From positions 14,751-78,750 of the forward strand of contig NW_021831879.1 in the NCBI RefSeq assembly GCF_006345805.1: a DNA stretch of 64,000 nt. Reading direction: 5' to 3'. This document shows positions 1-64,000 of this stretch, piece after piece. This stretch comes from Octopus sinensis. Taxonomy: Eukaryota. Position 1 is the stretch's first letter. Every line of letters starts with the position of its first letter. Below the pieces are notes generated by a model. The model was not told where the DNA came from. It searched no databases and saw only the letters and a list, made by a program, of their open reading frames with translations. The translations under genes were made by a program, and so were the position numbers.

Positions 1-1262
1 TAATTTAGAGTCTTATGTTGCTCGATTACGCAGATATTTTTCTGCCCTTCCTCCTATGGACCCTCGACACCAAAATCCTCCTTCTAGTGTGCCATCAGAC
101 CTAATTCTTGGACGCATGTTTTATATTCGTGATGATTCTGTCAAAGGACCTCTGTTTTCTCTTATAAAGGACCTTTTCGTGTGATTTCTCGCACGCCGAA
201 GTATTCAAACTTGAAATTAACGGTCGTTCGGAGACCGTCTCCGTAGATCGTCTAAAAGGGCATATTTGAGGTGTCCACATCTTTTAATGACCCCACTGCC
301 ACAACCATCGTTGAACCTTCACATGCACCTTTGACACCCACTATTTACACATGCACCATTATCAACACCAACATCGACAACACCACCTTCGTCGTCGCAG
401 CCTGCCTCGAACAGACCTTATGTTACGAGGTCAGGCAGAACTGTTCACTGGCCGAAAAAAACTTTCCAAAACTATTTATATTTGACATTTTCAATTGACT
501 TCCCAGTGACAGTTCCAATACTCATTGAACTTTGCTCATTTGAGTATTTTTTCTCTTTACCTTTTAGGTGAATTTTTTTGTTGTTGTTTTAATGTATTAT
601 ATTGTGTGCTATTTTGGTTGTCTGGTATCCACCATGAGTTTTTCAGTCACTACAAGAAGTTGCTTCGTGCATACGCACTCGTGGGGGAGCCTTTGTAGTG
701 ACGCTATAAACACAGCGCGCCGCGCAACGCCCTTTTCTGATTCGCGCGTGTTTTCATTCATCAACAAAAGGGAATATTGCTATCGTGGAATTAGCTGATT
801 GGCTAGGAAAAGTGACCCTTAGAAAAGAGGCAAGGGAACGCAAAAACCTTGACCATCAGCGTCCAGCAGAGACAGCAGAGACAGCAGAAGGCCTTTGATA
901 CCAGCAGACGTTATATTCTCTCTGTCCAGCTTTGATAGCAGTCGGCCGAAGGTTTTTTACCAAATTGTTGCAGACAACGTCGTCTTCATTTTCCGCCGCC
1001 ATCTTTAATAACCCGTTCTGTTTTTAGCGGCTGAACATTGTAACCTTACAAGAGATTAACTTTCAGCCTTGGCGCCCAGAACCAAGATATCAGATTACCA
1101 CTGATTTCTCCACCGTATAAACAATAAAGTATATCTATTTTTTTACGTCTGCGTTTTGTGTTTCTTTGACTGGTAGAATCTGGATTATTAAAGCAACGGA
1201 AAGTGATTGCTTCTCGCACCCCCAAAAGTCCAGGTCAAGAAGATATTCACATTTTCATTACA
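1..1262 (+). mobile_element. Ty3/Gypsy LTR retrotransposon 3' end (frameshifted integrase C-terminus, PPT about 681-690, 3' LTR about 694-1262) in gene A intron 11
   Basis: Frameshift-corrected WTHV.IRDDSVKGPL..YKGPFRVISRTPKY.KLEINGRSETVSVDRLK (GPY/F domain) and TRSGRTVHWP. GGGGGAG PPT, then TGTAGTGA...TCATTACA termini with AATAAA inside. Confidence 0.85.
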
Positions 1263-1336
1263 CATTCATGTTGTATCTTCAGTGTAATGATCCGCCTGAA
1301 AAGTCGGAACAGCTGATTTATATGAACCAAACTAAA

Positions 1337-1940
1337 GGCGGCGAGCTGGCAGAACCGTTAGCGCGTCGGGCTAAATGCGTAGCCGTATTTCGTCTGTCGT
1401 TACGTTGTGAGTTCAAATTCCGCCGGGGTCGACTTTGCCTTTCATTCTTTCGAGGTCGATAAATTAAGTACCAGTTACGCACTGGGGTCGATGTAATCGA
1501 CTTAATCCGTTTGTCTGTCCTTGTTTGTCCCTTCTGTGTGTAGCCCCTAGTGGGTAGTAAAGAAATAGGTATTTCGTCTGCCGCTACGTTCTGAGTTCAA
1601 ATTCCGCCGAGGTCGACTTTGCCTTTTATCCTTTGAGGTCGATAAATTAAGTACCAGTTACTCACTGGCTCGATATAATTGACTTCATCCGTTTGTCTGT
1701 CCTTGCTTGTCCCCTCTGTGTGTAACCCCTTATGGGCAGTAAAGAAATAAGAAACGTTTGCATGCAGGGCAAAATGCTAAGCAATATTTTGTCTGTCTTA
1801 ACGTTCTGTGTTCAAATTCCGCCAAGGTCGACTTTGCCTTTCATCCCTTTCAGAGTCGATAAATTAAGTACCAGTTGAGTACTGGGGTCGATCTAATCGA
1901 CTGGCTCCTTCCCCTAAAAGTTCGGGCTTAGAGTAGAAAA
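1337..1940 (+). mobile_element. tRNA-derived SINE family A, tandem trimer
   Basis: Head GGCGGCGAGCTGGCAGAA, B-box GAGTTCAAATTCC, core GCCTTTCATCCTTTCGGGGTCGATAAATTAAGTACCAG. Other copies about 9780-9990, 10454-10640, 10707-10900, 14737-14880(-), 24190-24390(-), 52980-53165(-), 60050-60220(-). Confidence 0.85.
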
Positions 1941-2236
1941 GTGTATATGGACCTTACTATGAGCTGTAGTCGTGATAGAGGCGGAGGCGACGGTGATGAT
2001 GATGATGGTGGTGGTGGTGGTGGTACCGAGGCGATCAGGGTTGACGGTGATAATAAACGACAGTTGTGATAGTGGTGGAGAGGAAGGCGGCGAAGTCAAT
2101 GTTATTGATTGTAGTGGAGTCAGAAGTCTGATTCAAGTGTGTATGGCAGTTGTGGTGGCGATGGTACTGATGATGGTACTGATGATGGTGATGGTTGAAA
2201 ACATTTGACAGAAAGAGAGGTAGACACACACACACA

Positions 2237-2283
<47 letters not shown>

Positions 2284-2566
2284 GAGAAGAGGTTAGGCAG
2301 AAAAATGTGCTGATCCATGAATGGGAAGACAAAGTAATGTTATTTATCATGCAGCTTTGCAATAATTTCCAAGTTGTCAAATTATGTCATTGTTTTGATG
2401 AAAATTGTTCGTTGCTTGAAAAATATTTGTCAAGTTTGATATAATTTCATATGTACTCTCATGCAGGCACTGTCATTGTTGCGTCCAAGGCCCAATGAGA
2501 GCCCTCCACAAGCTAGCGTAAAAGCCACCCGATATATATATATATATATTATATAAATATAAAAAT

Positions 2567-2658
<92 letters not shown>

Positions 2659-2752
2659 CATATATATGTGAGTGTACGCATGCTTGCAGATCGATTAAAT
2701 AACCGATGCTGGAGTTATGTCTGTAACAAAAACAAATGCAAGAGAAACGTAC

Positions 2753-27138
<24,386 letters not shown>

Positions 27139-27462
27139 TGTTTCCAAGTGTCTTCAATGAATTATGCGACTTACATTTAAATGTGTTTCAAATCTAAGAT
27201 ATTTATATCGTTACGTAATCATTTCCCTCCATTTTTCACCCTCACTATATCTCTATCTTCCCCTTTAACTCAACTTCTCTGCCTCTCTCTGTCTCTAAAT
27301 CTCTACCCTTTTCTTTCCCTCTGTCTCTCCCTCTATCCGTTTCTAACACTCTCTTGTTTATGTCATTCTCTTTCTAACTGTCAGTCAATGGCCTCATACC
27401 TCTTTCAATTAAACGCTCCAGTTTTCCTTCACTTTGCTTCCTCCTATTCAAAAGTCAGTCAC

Positions 27463-28330
27463 TATCGATATCTATTTGTATGAAATTATATTCCTTATTG
27501 TTTTTTATATTTTTAAACCATCGTAAAGTTTCCATTGTACTACCCCATAACTTTAGGTAACCTAAATTATTTAATTTGTTTATATATTTATCTAATATTA
27601 ATTTACTTAATTTCCCTAGGTCCGCCTTACATGGACATATTAATCGGACTTTAGGGTCTGCATAGAAATTATCTTTATGGTCTTTTAGCGTTATCCTTGG
27701 GTGCAATGGCATGTAGGGTTCTGTTTTTTTATCTAGTTCATAATTCGTCATTATTTCTTTATAACACTTATTTATTTTCTCTAAAGTATATTTTGAACTA
27801 TTTTATATTTTTTTTTTGATTTCTTTCTCTAGTAAACATCATATGTTTCTATATCTAATTTATATAAGTTTATGGTTTTGTCACATTGTACAATGATTCC
27901 TTCAGTTTTTCTCAGTTCTTTTGTCTAAGTTTTGAAGACAATTATTATGCCTGTTCGGGTATTTATAAAATTCTAGATTTTTTACTATCCCCCAAATTCT
28001 TTCTTCCAAGATTTGCATTTCTTTATTGTACGGCGGTTCTTTCCTAGATTTAAATTTATTCGTAATGAATTTATTATTGTCTGTATTATTAATGTCTGTA
28101 GTATTTTCATTATTATAGTAGTGTGCTTTCCATTTAAGTCTGTTTATGAAATTCTTTATATTATTAATCAGTTTAATCTTGAATTCTGTTTTTGGTGGGC
28201 TAGGTATGTCTTTCAGTGATGAATTCCACCCCAGGGGTACTATTTTATCTGTATATGCCATAAATTGTTTAATTATCAAGCTAAACAATAAAGTTAAACC
28301 ATTAACTTATTTTATTTTATTTGTGAGGGA
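27463..28330 (-). mobile_element. Penelope-like element (Naiad-like), 5' piece
   Basis: ORF 27902..28288 (SLKDIPSPP..FINRLKWKAHYY) and ORF 27455..27751, near-identical to the 26140-26548 segment. Confidence 0.85.
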
Positions 28331-28599
28331 ATAAAAATTCCGGCATCACAGGGGTTCAAATTATTCTCAATGAGGAAATATATACTTTTTCATATATTTT
28401 TTCATTTTATTTTTATTTTTATTTGTTAATTTTAATTTTTTTTTATTTTTTTTATTTGAATTAAATTATGGCTTGCACAGTAAGGTCCGGCGAACCTATT
28501 TACACATACACATACTTATATGTTTAAAATCAAAATATAGTTTTTAGTATCAAACTATGATAAAGTGATCTAGAGGCCTGATGATTGGGGTAACATTAT

Positions 28600-29030
28600 A
28601 AGAAAGGTTTCAGGGACGTCACTTCCGATCTATATAGTGCCATGTCCCTCTTGCATTTCTTGAGGCTCTTCTTTTCCTCTGCGGCCTTCAGGAGCCTCTC
28701 CATCCGGTATGCCTCAAAGTCTCTCTTCAGTTGCTGACGAATCACTCTGCTGAGAAGAGGATATTCAAGGTGTTCTTCAATAGTCCTCTTCATATTTTCC
28801 TCTTCTCGAGTAACTTCGTAGTTTCCCCCGAGACTCTTCCCTTCATCTCTCTCAGACATAGCCTTCCTTAAACACTCCTTCAGTTTCCCTATCAATGAGC
28901 TGTAGTCATCGTCTATGGCGTCTCCTTGGCACCAGGTTTCCTGTATGATAGCTTCCTGCAGCTTCGCCTCGTTGAAGATTCGGACGCGTTTTCCATTCGA
29001 CGCCAAATGCAGCGCCCTCTTCTCCCTCTT

Positions 29031-29032
<2 letters not shown>
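28600..29032 (-). mobile_element. LINE (RTE-like) endonuclease-RT linker fragment
   Basis: [16 protein letters not shown]...EYPLLSRVIRQQLKRDFEAYRMERLLKAAEEKKSLKKCKR. Confidence 0.55.
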
Positions 29033-29117
<85 letters not shown>

Positions 29118-29704
29118 GCATGCGTATACACGGACACATACATACATATACAATATCATTCACCTGCCGTATTGTATGAAGATCAACATCTATTTTTCCC
29201 GACCAATTCTGCACCTAGAAGCCCACCCAGTTGTTGTATATATAAATTGAAATCAGCTAAGTTCATTGAAAATAATAATTCCTCCGCTACATTATCAGAT
29301 ATTATAACAGAAAAAAATTGCTTTGATAAAATTAATGTTGCTAAAATATACTCTTAAAGCAGGATAGTAACTCTTTGGCTTATTTTCTAAGCAATACGGA
29401 TTCTATTTTCTCTTTGTTGTTTTTGCTTTGGTTATTCTCAAGAGTTCGCAATCAGAGGAATCTTATTCGCTAAACCTCATGAAAATTGAGGAGTACAATT
29501 GCAGATGGGGATATAATTTTCTTATAACTCTATTTATGTACAGGCACAGAGAATGAGACGAGAAAGGAATAAACAATTATATTATGAACTTCATAAGCTT
29601 ACAATTGTTTCTTCTATAAGTTTCAGTGGAATCACTGATAAGTGCCTAGGTAACAACTTATAACTTAGTCAGAGCCTCGAATATGAAGTGCAATTTATTT
29701 GGAA

Positions 29705-29935
29705 AAAGAATTACGTTTATGCGTATACTCTTTACTCTTTTACTTGTTTCAGTCATTTGACTGCGGCCATGCTGAGCACCGCCTTTAATCGAGCAACTCG
29801 ACCCCGGGACTTATTCTTTTGTAAGCCCAGTACTTATTATATCAGTCTCTTTTGCCGAACCGCTAGGTAACGGGGACGTAAACACACCAGCATCGGTTGT
29901 CAAGCGATGTTGGGAGGACAAACGCAGACACACAA

Positions 29936-29972
<37 letters not shown>

Positions 29973-30130
29973 CATACATATATACGACGGGCTTCTTTCA
30001 GTTTCCGTCTACCAAATCCACTCACAAGTCTTTGGTCGGCCCGAGGCTATAGTAGAAGACACTTGCCCAAGGTGCCACGCAGTGGGACTGAACCAGGAAC
30101 AATGTGGTTCGTAAGCAAGCTACTTACCAC

Positions 30131-30131
<1 letters not shown>
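29705..30131 (-). mobile_element. SINE family B copy
   Basis: Reverse-complement match. Confidence 0.85.
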
Positions 30132-30162
<31 letters not shown>

Positions 30163-30671
30163 GGAAGTAAAGCATTACCGGTAGGGCAGCCAAAGCGTAC
30201 TTTGGAGATGAAAGCCAAGAGCTCCTCCCATAAAAAAGAACAAGGTTAATTTTAAGACATGTATAAATAGGTGTATATCCTGATTTATATCGTGGTAGCC
30301 CTCCGTTAGTTACGACGAAGTTGTTGTTTCCAGTTAGTCCGATCAATGGAACAGCCTGCTGTTGTAATTAGCGTGCAAGTGGCTGAGCGCTCCGCAAACA
30401 CGTATACCGTTATCGCAGTTCTCAGGGAGATTCAGCGTGACACAGGGTGTGACAAGGCTGCCCTTTTGAAATACAGATACAGCAGAAACAGTAAGAAAGA
30501 AACGAGAATGTGGTGAAAGAGTGCAACAGGGTTCGCCACTACTCTCTGCCGGAGCCTCGTAGAGCTTTCGGTGTTTTCGCTCAATAAACAATCCAAACGC
30601 CCAGTCTGAGAATCGAAACCACGATCCTACGACCTCGAGTCCGCTTCCCTAACCACTAGGCCATTGCGCCT

Positions 30672-30995
30672 CGGTGTTGGAGAAGACTTTTGCGGATTCC
30701 ATGGACAGCGAGGCTCACTAATGGAGAAGTTCTTAAGCAGATCAGGCCGAAAATGTCGCTAGAAGCTAGGATCAAGCATAGATTGGCATATTTCGATCAT
30801 ATTTTGCGGAGAAGGACATCATGCTCGGAATGGTCAGTGGCAAGAGAGGAAGAGGCCGACCAGGAACCCGCTGGCTTGACACCATCAAGAGGGATACCGG
30901 AATGGACATAGCCAATCTGAAAGAGGCGGTCCTGGATAGAACTGGCTGGAGGACACTGATCCAACGAGTGACCGAGAGTCGACTTTGACTGAGCG
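30672..30995 (+). mobile_element. RTE-clade LINE 3' fragment followed by (GATA)n to about 31242
   Basis: CWRRLLRIPWTARLTNGEVL, RLAYFDHILRR, GKRGRGRPGTRWLDTI. Confidence 0.85.
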
Positions 30996-31243
<248 letters not shown>

Positions 31244-31719
31244 ATTAGATCTTGTGAAGGTGCATGGCTCAATGGTTAAAAGCGTGGCTCTCAATCATGA
31301 GGATCTGAATTCGATTCCTGGACCGGGCTATGCGTTTTTTTCTTAACCAAGACACATTATCTTAGGTTGCTCAGCCTCAGGAATGAGTTGCGACGTCACG
31401 GGTGCCAAGATGTATCGACATTTGCCTTTCCCTTCGATAGCACGGCGACGTGGAGAGGAAAGGCTGGTAGGCATAGTCAACTGCTGGTCATCTACAGATA
31501 ACTTGGCTCGGACTTGTGCCTCGGAGAGTAACATTGTAGGTGCAGTATTATTCTTATTCATGACCGAAGGGGCTATATAGCCTTTATAAATTAGATCTAG
31601 ATGTATATCTGCACATTATAATGTGTGCATCCGTACACATTATATATAAATATATATACAATTTTATATGTATGTATATATATACATACATATATACATA
31701 CATACACATATATATACGT

Positions 31720-31780
<61 letters not shown>

Positions 31781-31950
31781 AATTGAGATAGGGGTTGTAA
31801 ATGCAACCCTCTATGGGATAACATATATCCAATATACTGCTAGTGAAGTACCCAACAAAGTTAATACATAAATGTTAATGATTGCGATGCAATCAATTCA
31901 TTTACTGTATTATATGGGCAAAGGTAAAATGATTTACCACAAATTACTAA

Positions 31951-32573
31951 TACAAGATAAGAAAATGGAGAAATACATCTAAATCAAATATCAATTACCA
32001 GATAATGCTCAATCACATACTTTATTACACCACCACATAAGAGACTGTATGGTTAAATATAAAAAGCAGAACAAATCAGTGTACATAAAGGAGTGTACAT
32101 AAAAAAGTGTACATAAAAGAGTAATGTTGTATAATAAGTAGAATATATATAAAAGAGAATATAAATACAAGTAAATATAAATATAAGTATAAATTAGATC
32201 TTACAGCTGTTTCGGCCATGTTGATAAGTATATCTCATTTTACCAATATTAGACCTCAACCATAAAGGGCTAATATTGGTAAAATGAGACATACTTATCG
32301 ACATGGCCGAAACAGCTGTAAGACCTAATTTATACTTATATTTATATTTACTAGTATTTATATTCTCTTTTATATATATTCTACTTATTATACAACATTA
32401 CTCTTTTATGTACACTTTTTTATGTACATTCCTTTATGTACACTGATCTGTTCTGCTTTTTATATTTAACCCTACAGTCTCTTATGTGGTGGTTTAATAA
32501 TGTATGTGATTGAGTATTATCTGGTAATTGATATTTGATTTAGATGTATTTCCCCATTTTCTTATCTTTTGTA
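31951..32573. repeat. About 300-bp-arm inverted repeat (hairpin), centre about 32260
   Basis: Arms are near-perfect reverse complements. Confidence 0.9.
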
Positions 32574-32593
32574 TATATATATATATATATATA

Positions 32594-32624
<31 letters not shown>

Positions 32625-33170
32625 CATACATATATACATACATATATACATACATACATAAATATATATATATATGTACATACATCCATACGTATATATA
32701 TATATACATACATACATAAATATATATATATACATGCTTACATATATGTACATATATAAACACACACATATATTATGTATATATATATATTTGTGTGTGT
32801 GTGTATTTGTGTGTATGTGCGTGTGTGTGTGTGTATAAGCCAAAACTTAACCACTTCTAATATTCTGTTCTATCAAAACCAAATCATGTTTAATTGATGA
32901 AGCCTAATTATTCCCAACATTTTTTATCTCGCTGATACAAAAAAAAAATCCCTGATTACCTCCCCTTGTCTAGAACTCTTCTACTTCACACCATGATGAA
33001 GAGATGACACAATATCGGAAAAGAAATTTGAAAAATTTCGAAAGCAATACAAACAGAACTTTATAACATTTTTCTAACATGACAATTTATTATATTCTTT
33101 AACCATATAATACAAGTTTACTGTAGTTTTTTCATTCTATTTTGTCTTTCATATATTATATATATATATA

Positions 33171-33217
<47 letters not shown>

Positions 33218-33390
33218 CTCCACGCATTTTTTTTCTCTCCTTGTTTTTTTCTGTGTATCTTTCTGTCGGAGAGCGTAGGCACGAAACGTAAAGGAATTTT
33301 TCTATTTCTATTCCTGAGCGCTATACTAATACATTGTTTGTTTGTACTCCACCTGCCTTCGTCTTTTGTTTATTTTCGTAAACCTTCCCG

Positions 33391-33440
<50 letters not shown>

Positions 33441-33462
33441 TATATATAATATATATATATAT

Positions 33463-34515
33463 TGATAAAACGGTAAGATAACAAAAGAAAGAAAGAGACC
33501 TCAATATTATGTAAATAGAGGAAATTTATCTATACAATATGTTACATTACTCGGTAGTCAAGATAAAACTCTGAGTTTCAGATGCCGAAGTGGAAATCCA
33601 CAACACCATCTCTTCGGTTATCTGGCTATTTGAAAACGTTATGAAAAAATACCGTTAAAAATGAAGGGAAATTACTCTGTTATAACTCTGCTTTGCCTGC
33701 GTACTTATACATCGCTCGCATTTTTCGTCATAAAAATTATATAAAAATACATAAAAATATATAAAAATATATAAAAATATATAAAATCTTCTTGGGACAT
33801 AACACAGAAAGCATGTTCTATCCGTTTTCTTTAGGGGACTAAAAACGTAACAGAAATTTAGTCACATGTGGGCATGATCCGAAAAGCTCTGTCCTTGTAT
33901 TTAGACATGTGGTAGGGTCTAAGCTGCTTTTCCAGATAAGCCATCTCTCCATGTCGCATAAACCGCACCTTCCGCTGCCGTTAGTATAGGGCTTACATCT
34001 GGCCAAAATCTTCCATTGTATGTTATAATCGACACCTTTATCTCTTAAAGACCAAATATGATTGGATAATTGTGTCGCTTTTCTTTTGTTCCAGTGCCTA
34101 AAGCTCAAAGTGTGGTTATTGAACCTGGCCTTGAAATTACCCTCTGTCAGGCCCACGTATTTCTTCGTCGAAACGGTGTCTTTAGTGGTTATAGAGTTTA
34201 CGGTAGCTTCATATATGATGGTCTTGGACATGCAAGCTCCATTTAGCGGGCACAATTCTTTATTCCTGCATGAACAGCTGTTTTCTTCTTGTGTTTTTTG
34301 TATGTTATGATTGATTATGTTTTTAAAATTGGTAGTTGAACTAAAACTAATTTTTAAATTGTGTCTATTGAAGAGTTTCCTATAAGCATAGTTAACTGGA
34401 AAATGTCTATCTATCAGTGCTAGGAAATATTTACCTATATTGAAGGCCACCTCGGGTGAGTAAGGGGGCGTAAACCAGATGACCTTCCTATTTCTATTAT
34501 TCCTGTTCCTTATTG
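33463..34515 (-). mobile_element. Penelope-like element (Naiad-like) 3' end: GIY-YIG endonuclease ORF 33839..34450 plus HHR-bearing pLTR
   Basis: IWFTPPYS, CSCRNKELCPLNGAC, IIYEA...KYVGLTEGNFKARFNNH, CGLCDMER, LNTRTELFGSCPH. Confidence 0.9.
33561..33623 (-). ncRNA. Hammerhead motif (CCGAAGA core) in the PLE pLTR
   Basis: AGATAA-CCGAAGA-GATG..CATCt-GAAA-CTCAGAG-TT-TTATCT; copies at 35392-35454(-) and 35470-35526(+). Confidence 0.65.
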
Positions 34516-34824
34516 TTGGGCAATGAATCTATGTATGTATGTGTGTATGTATGTATGTATGCATGTATGCATGTATGTATGTATGTATGCATGTTTGCAT
34601 GTCTATATGAAATCACATTTGTAACTTCGACGCAAACATAATATCATTCGATCATACGCTTATGGGAATGGATTAGAAGGACTTTCAAAGTTTTAATCAG
34701 CAAAAAGATGACGGTTAGATGAAAAATGAAAATTTCTTTAATAAAAATATCTTTATACATCTTCTATATTGCTACAATGGTTTATAAACACTGTGTTACA
34801 TTTGTTACATTCATAGTTTGTTCT

Positions 34825-34830
34825 TTTATT
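34825..34830 (-). terminator. Putative poly(A) signal AATAAA of gene B
   Basis: About 58 nt downstream of the stop codon. Confidence 0.5.
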
Positions 34831-34887
34831 CATCAATTCACATGTAATTTTACAAGGTTGATTTGATACAGATGTACATTGAGCCTT

Positions 34888-62685
<27,798 letters not shown>

Positions 62686-62802
62686 CGTTAATCCTCTCTC
62701 CCTTCGGCGGGCGAATTACGTTTTAGTTAGGTGAAACTAAACAAGAAGTTGCTCTGTTTACATGCTTTGCTCACATCAACTTTTCACTGCCCTGATACGT
62801 CA

Positions 62803-62917
62803 TCTATCTGTTTCCTTCTCTCTATCTGTTTCCTTCTCTCTATCTGTTTCCTTCTCTCTATCTGTTTCCTTCTCTCTATCTGTTTCCTTCTCTCTATCTG
62901 TTTCCTTCTCTCTATCT
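62803..62917. repeat. 18-bp tandem repeat (TCTATCTGTTTCCTTCTC) x6 plus a partial copy
   Basis: Direct reading, about 120 bp upstream of the gene B ATG. Confidence 0.95.
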
Positions 62918-63004
62918 TTCTCTATCAATCAGTATGTCTCACTCCCTCTTCCCCCTTTTTTCTCTTTATACCAAACTAATCCACTTCCTCCCTCTCTCTC
63001 TCTT

Positions 63005-63420
63005 TACTCTCCTTACTCTTTTACTTGTTTCAGTCATTTGACTGCGGCCATGCTGCAGCACCGCCTTTAGCCGAGCAAATCGACCCTGGGACTTATTCTT
63101 TTGTAAGCCCAGTACTTATTCTATCGGTTTCTTTTGCCGAACCGCTAGGTGACGGGGACGTAAACACACCAGCATCGGTTGTCAAGCAATGCTAGGGGGA
63201 CAAACACAGACACACAAACACACACACACACACACACATATATATAATATACATATATACGACAGGCTTCTTTCAGTTTCCGTCTACCAAATCCACTCAC
63301 AAGGCATTGGTCAGCCCGGTGCTATAGCAGAAGACACTTGCCCAAGATGCCACGCAGTGGGACTGAACCCGGAACCATGTGGTCGGTAAACAAGCTACTT
63401 ACCACACAGCCACTCCTGCG
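63005..63420 (-). mobile_element. SINE family B copy upstream of gene B
   Basis: Reverse-complement match. Confidence 0.85.
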
Positions 63421-64000
63421 CCTCTTCAATTCTTTCTTCCCTTTTCCCTCTATATCTAACAAACCCACATTCCCACACACGCATGTATATTTGCACAAAT
63501 GTACACTCTCTCCCTCCCCTCTAATTTTCTCTCTCTCCTCTCTCTCCTCTCTCTATCAGTACAATCACCATCAACAATACTACCAGCCTCTCAAACACCT
63601 GTAACCCGACCACCCTGTAGTGTTCTTTGTATCAATTTTACTGGTTCATGCTTACGAAGTTTAGCATGAATGGATAACTTGGTATATATGGTGCGATCTA
63701 AACACATTTGTCAACACCGTGAAATACTTCCACATTTCCTACTCATAACAGTCGTCGGACTGTGACCCAGTTTGAGTACTGCATTGGAAGGTTTAAGCGA
63801 AAAACAAAATAGACCTCCCCGTTTTTTTTTTTTTAATGTTTATTCTTGTTGTTATTATTGTTTGTGTTACTGATGTTGTTTTCAGATCTGGTACTTATTT
63901 ATTGTCGAGCCGGTAGGTTAGAAAGACTAAACAAACCAGCAAGCAAACACCGGGGGAACATGGGCAAATATACAGACACACAGAGAAGGCGGTGAGCTGG

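Noticed and set aside
2532-2670. Periodic TAA/TTA interruptions in (TA)n tracts as a coded pattern
   Set aside because: More simply explained by slippage or long-read indel errors.
33839-34450. Selenocysteine-containing Naiad PLE
   Set aside because: The conserved Cys positions are ordinary Cys codons; the ORF has no in-frame TGA.

Overview
AT-rich, microsatellite-dense eukaryotic DNA, most likely an Octopus species (inferred from the tRNA-derived SINE families and the (TA)n/(TG)n/(GATA)n/(AAT)n load). It holds two tandem minus-strand CYP3-clan (CYP3A-like) cytochrome P450 genes, which I spliced by hand from GT-AG sites. Gene B is complete (ATG 62685 to TAA 34888, 14 coding exons, 1551 nt, 516 aa). 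Gene A has exons 1-11 (27138 to 2753); its last three exons lie left of the window. Introns and intergenic DNA contain a Gypsy 3' end with LTR, Penelope-like element (PLE) RT and GIY-YIG fragments, R4/Dong and RTE LINE pieces, two Helitrons, mariner remnants and about 30 SINEs. The most unusual signal is a set of more than 15 minimal type-I hammerhead-ribozyme (HHR) motifs from about 10 unrelated short repeat families. They often sit in PLE-style inverted pseudo-LTR hairpins, some have compensatory core variants (U3-A8, G3-C8) or U4C, and one family joins a tRNA-like Pol III head and an (AAT/AAC)n spacer to the ribozyme. Also notable are a 19-copy intronic minisatellite of near-ERE palindromes and a GATA/GGAA 18-bp array just upstream of gene B. 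All calls are by eye and no database searches were run. Most ORF-track entries are microsatellite artefacts.
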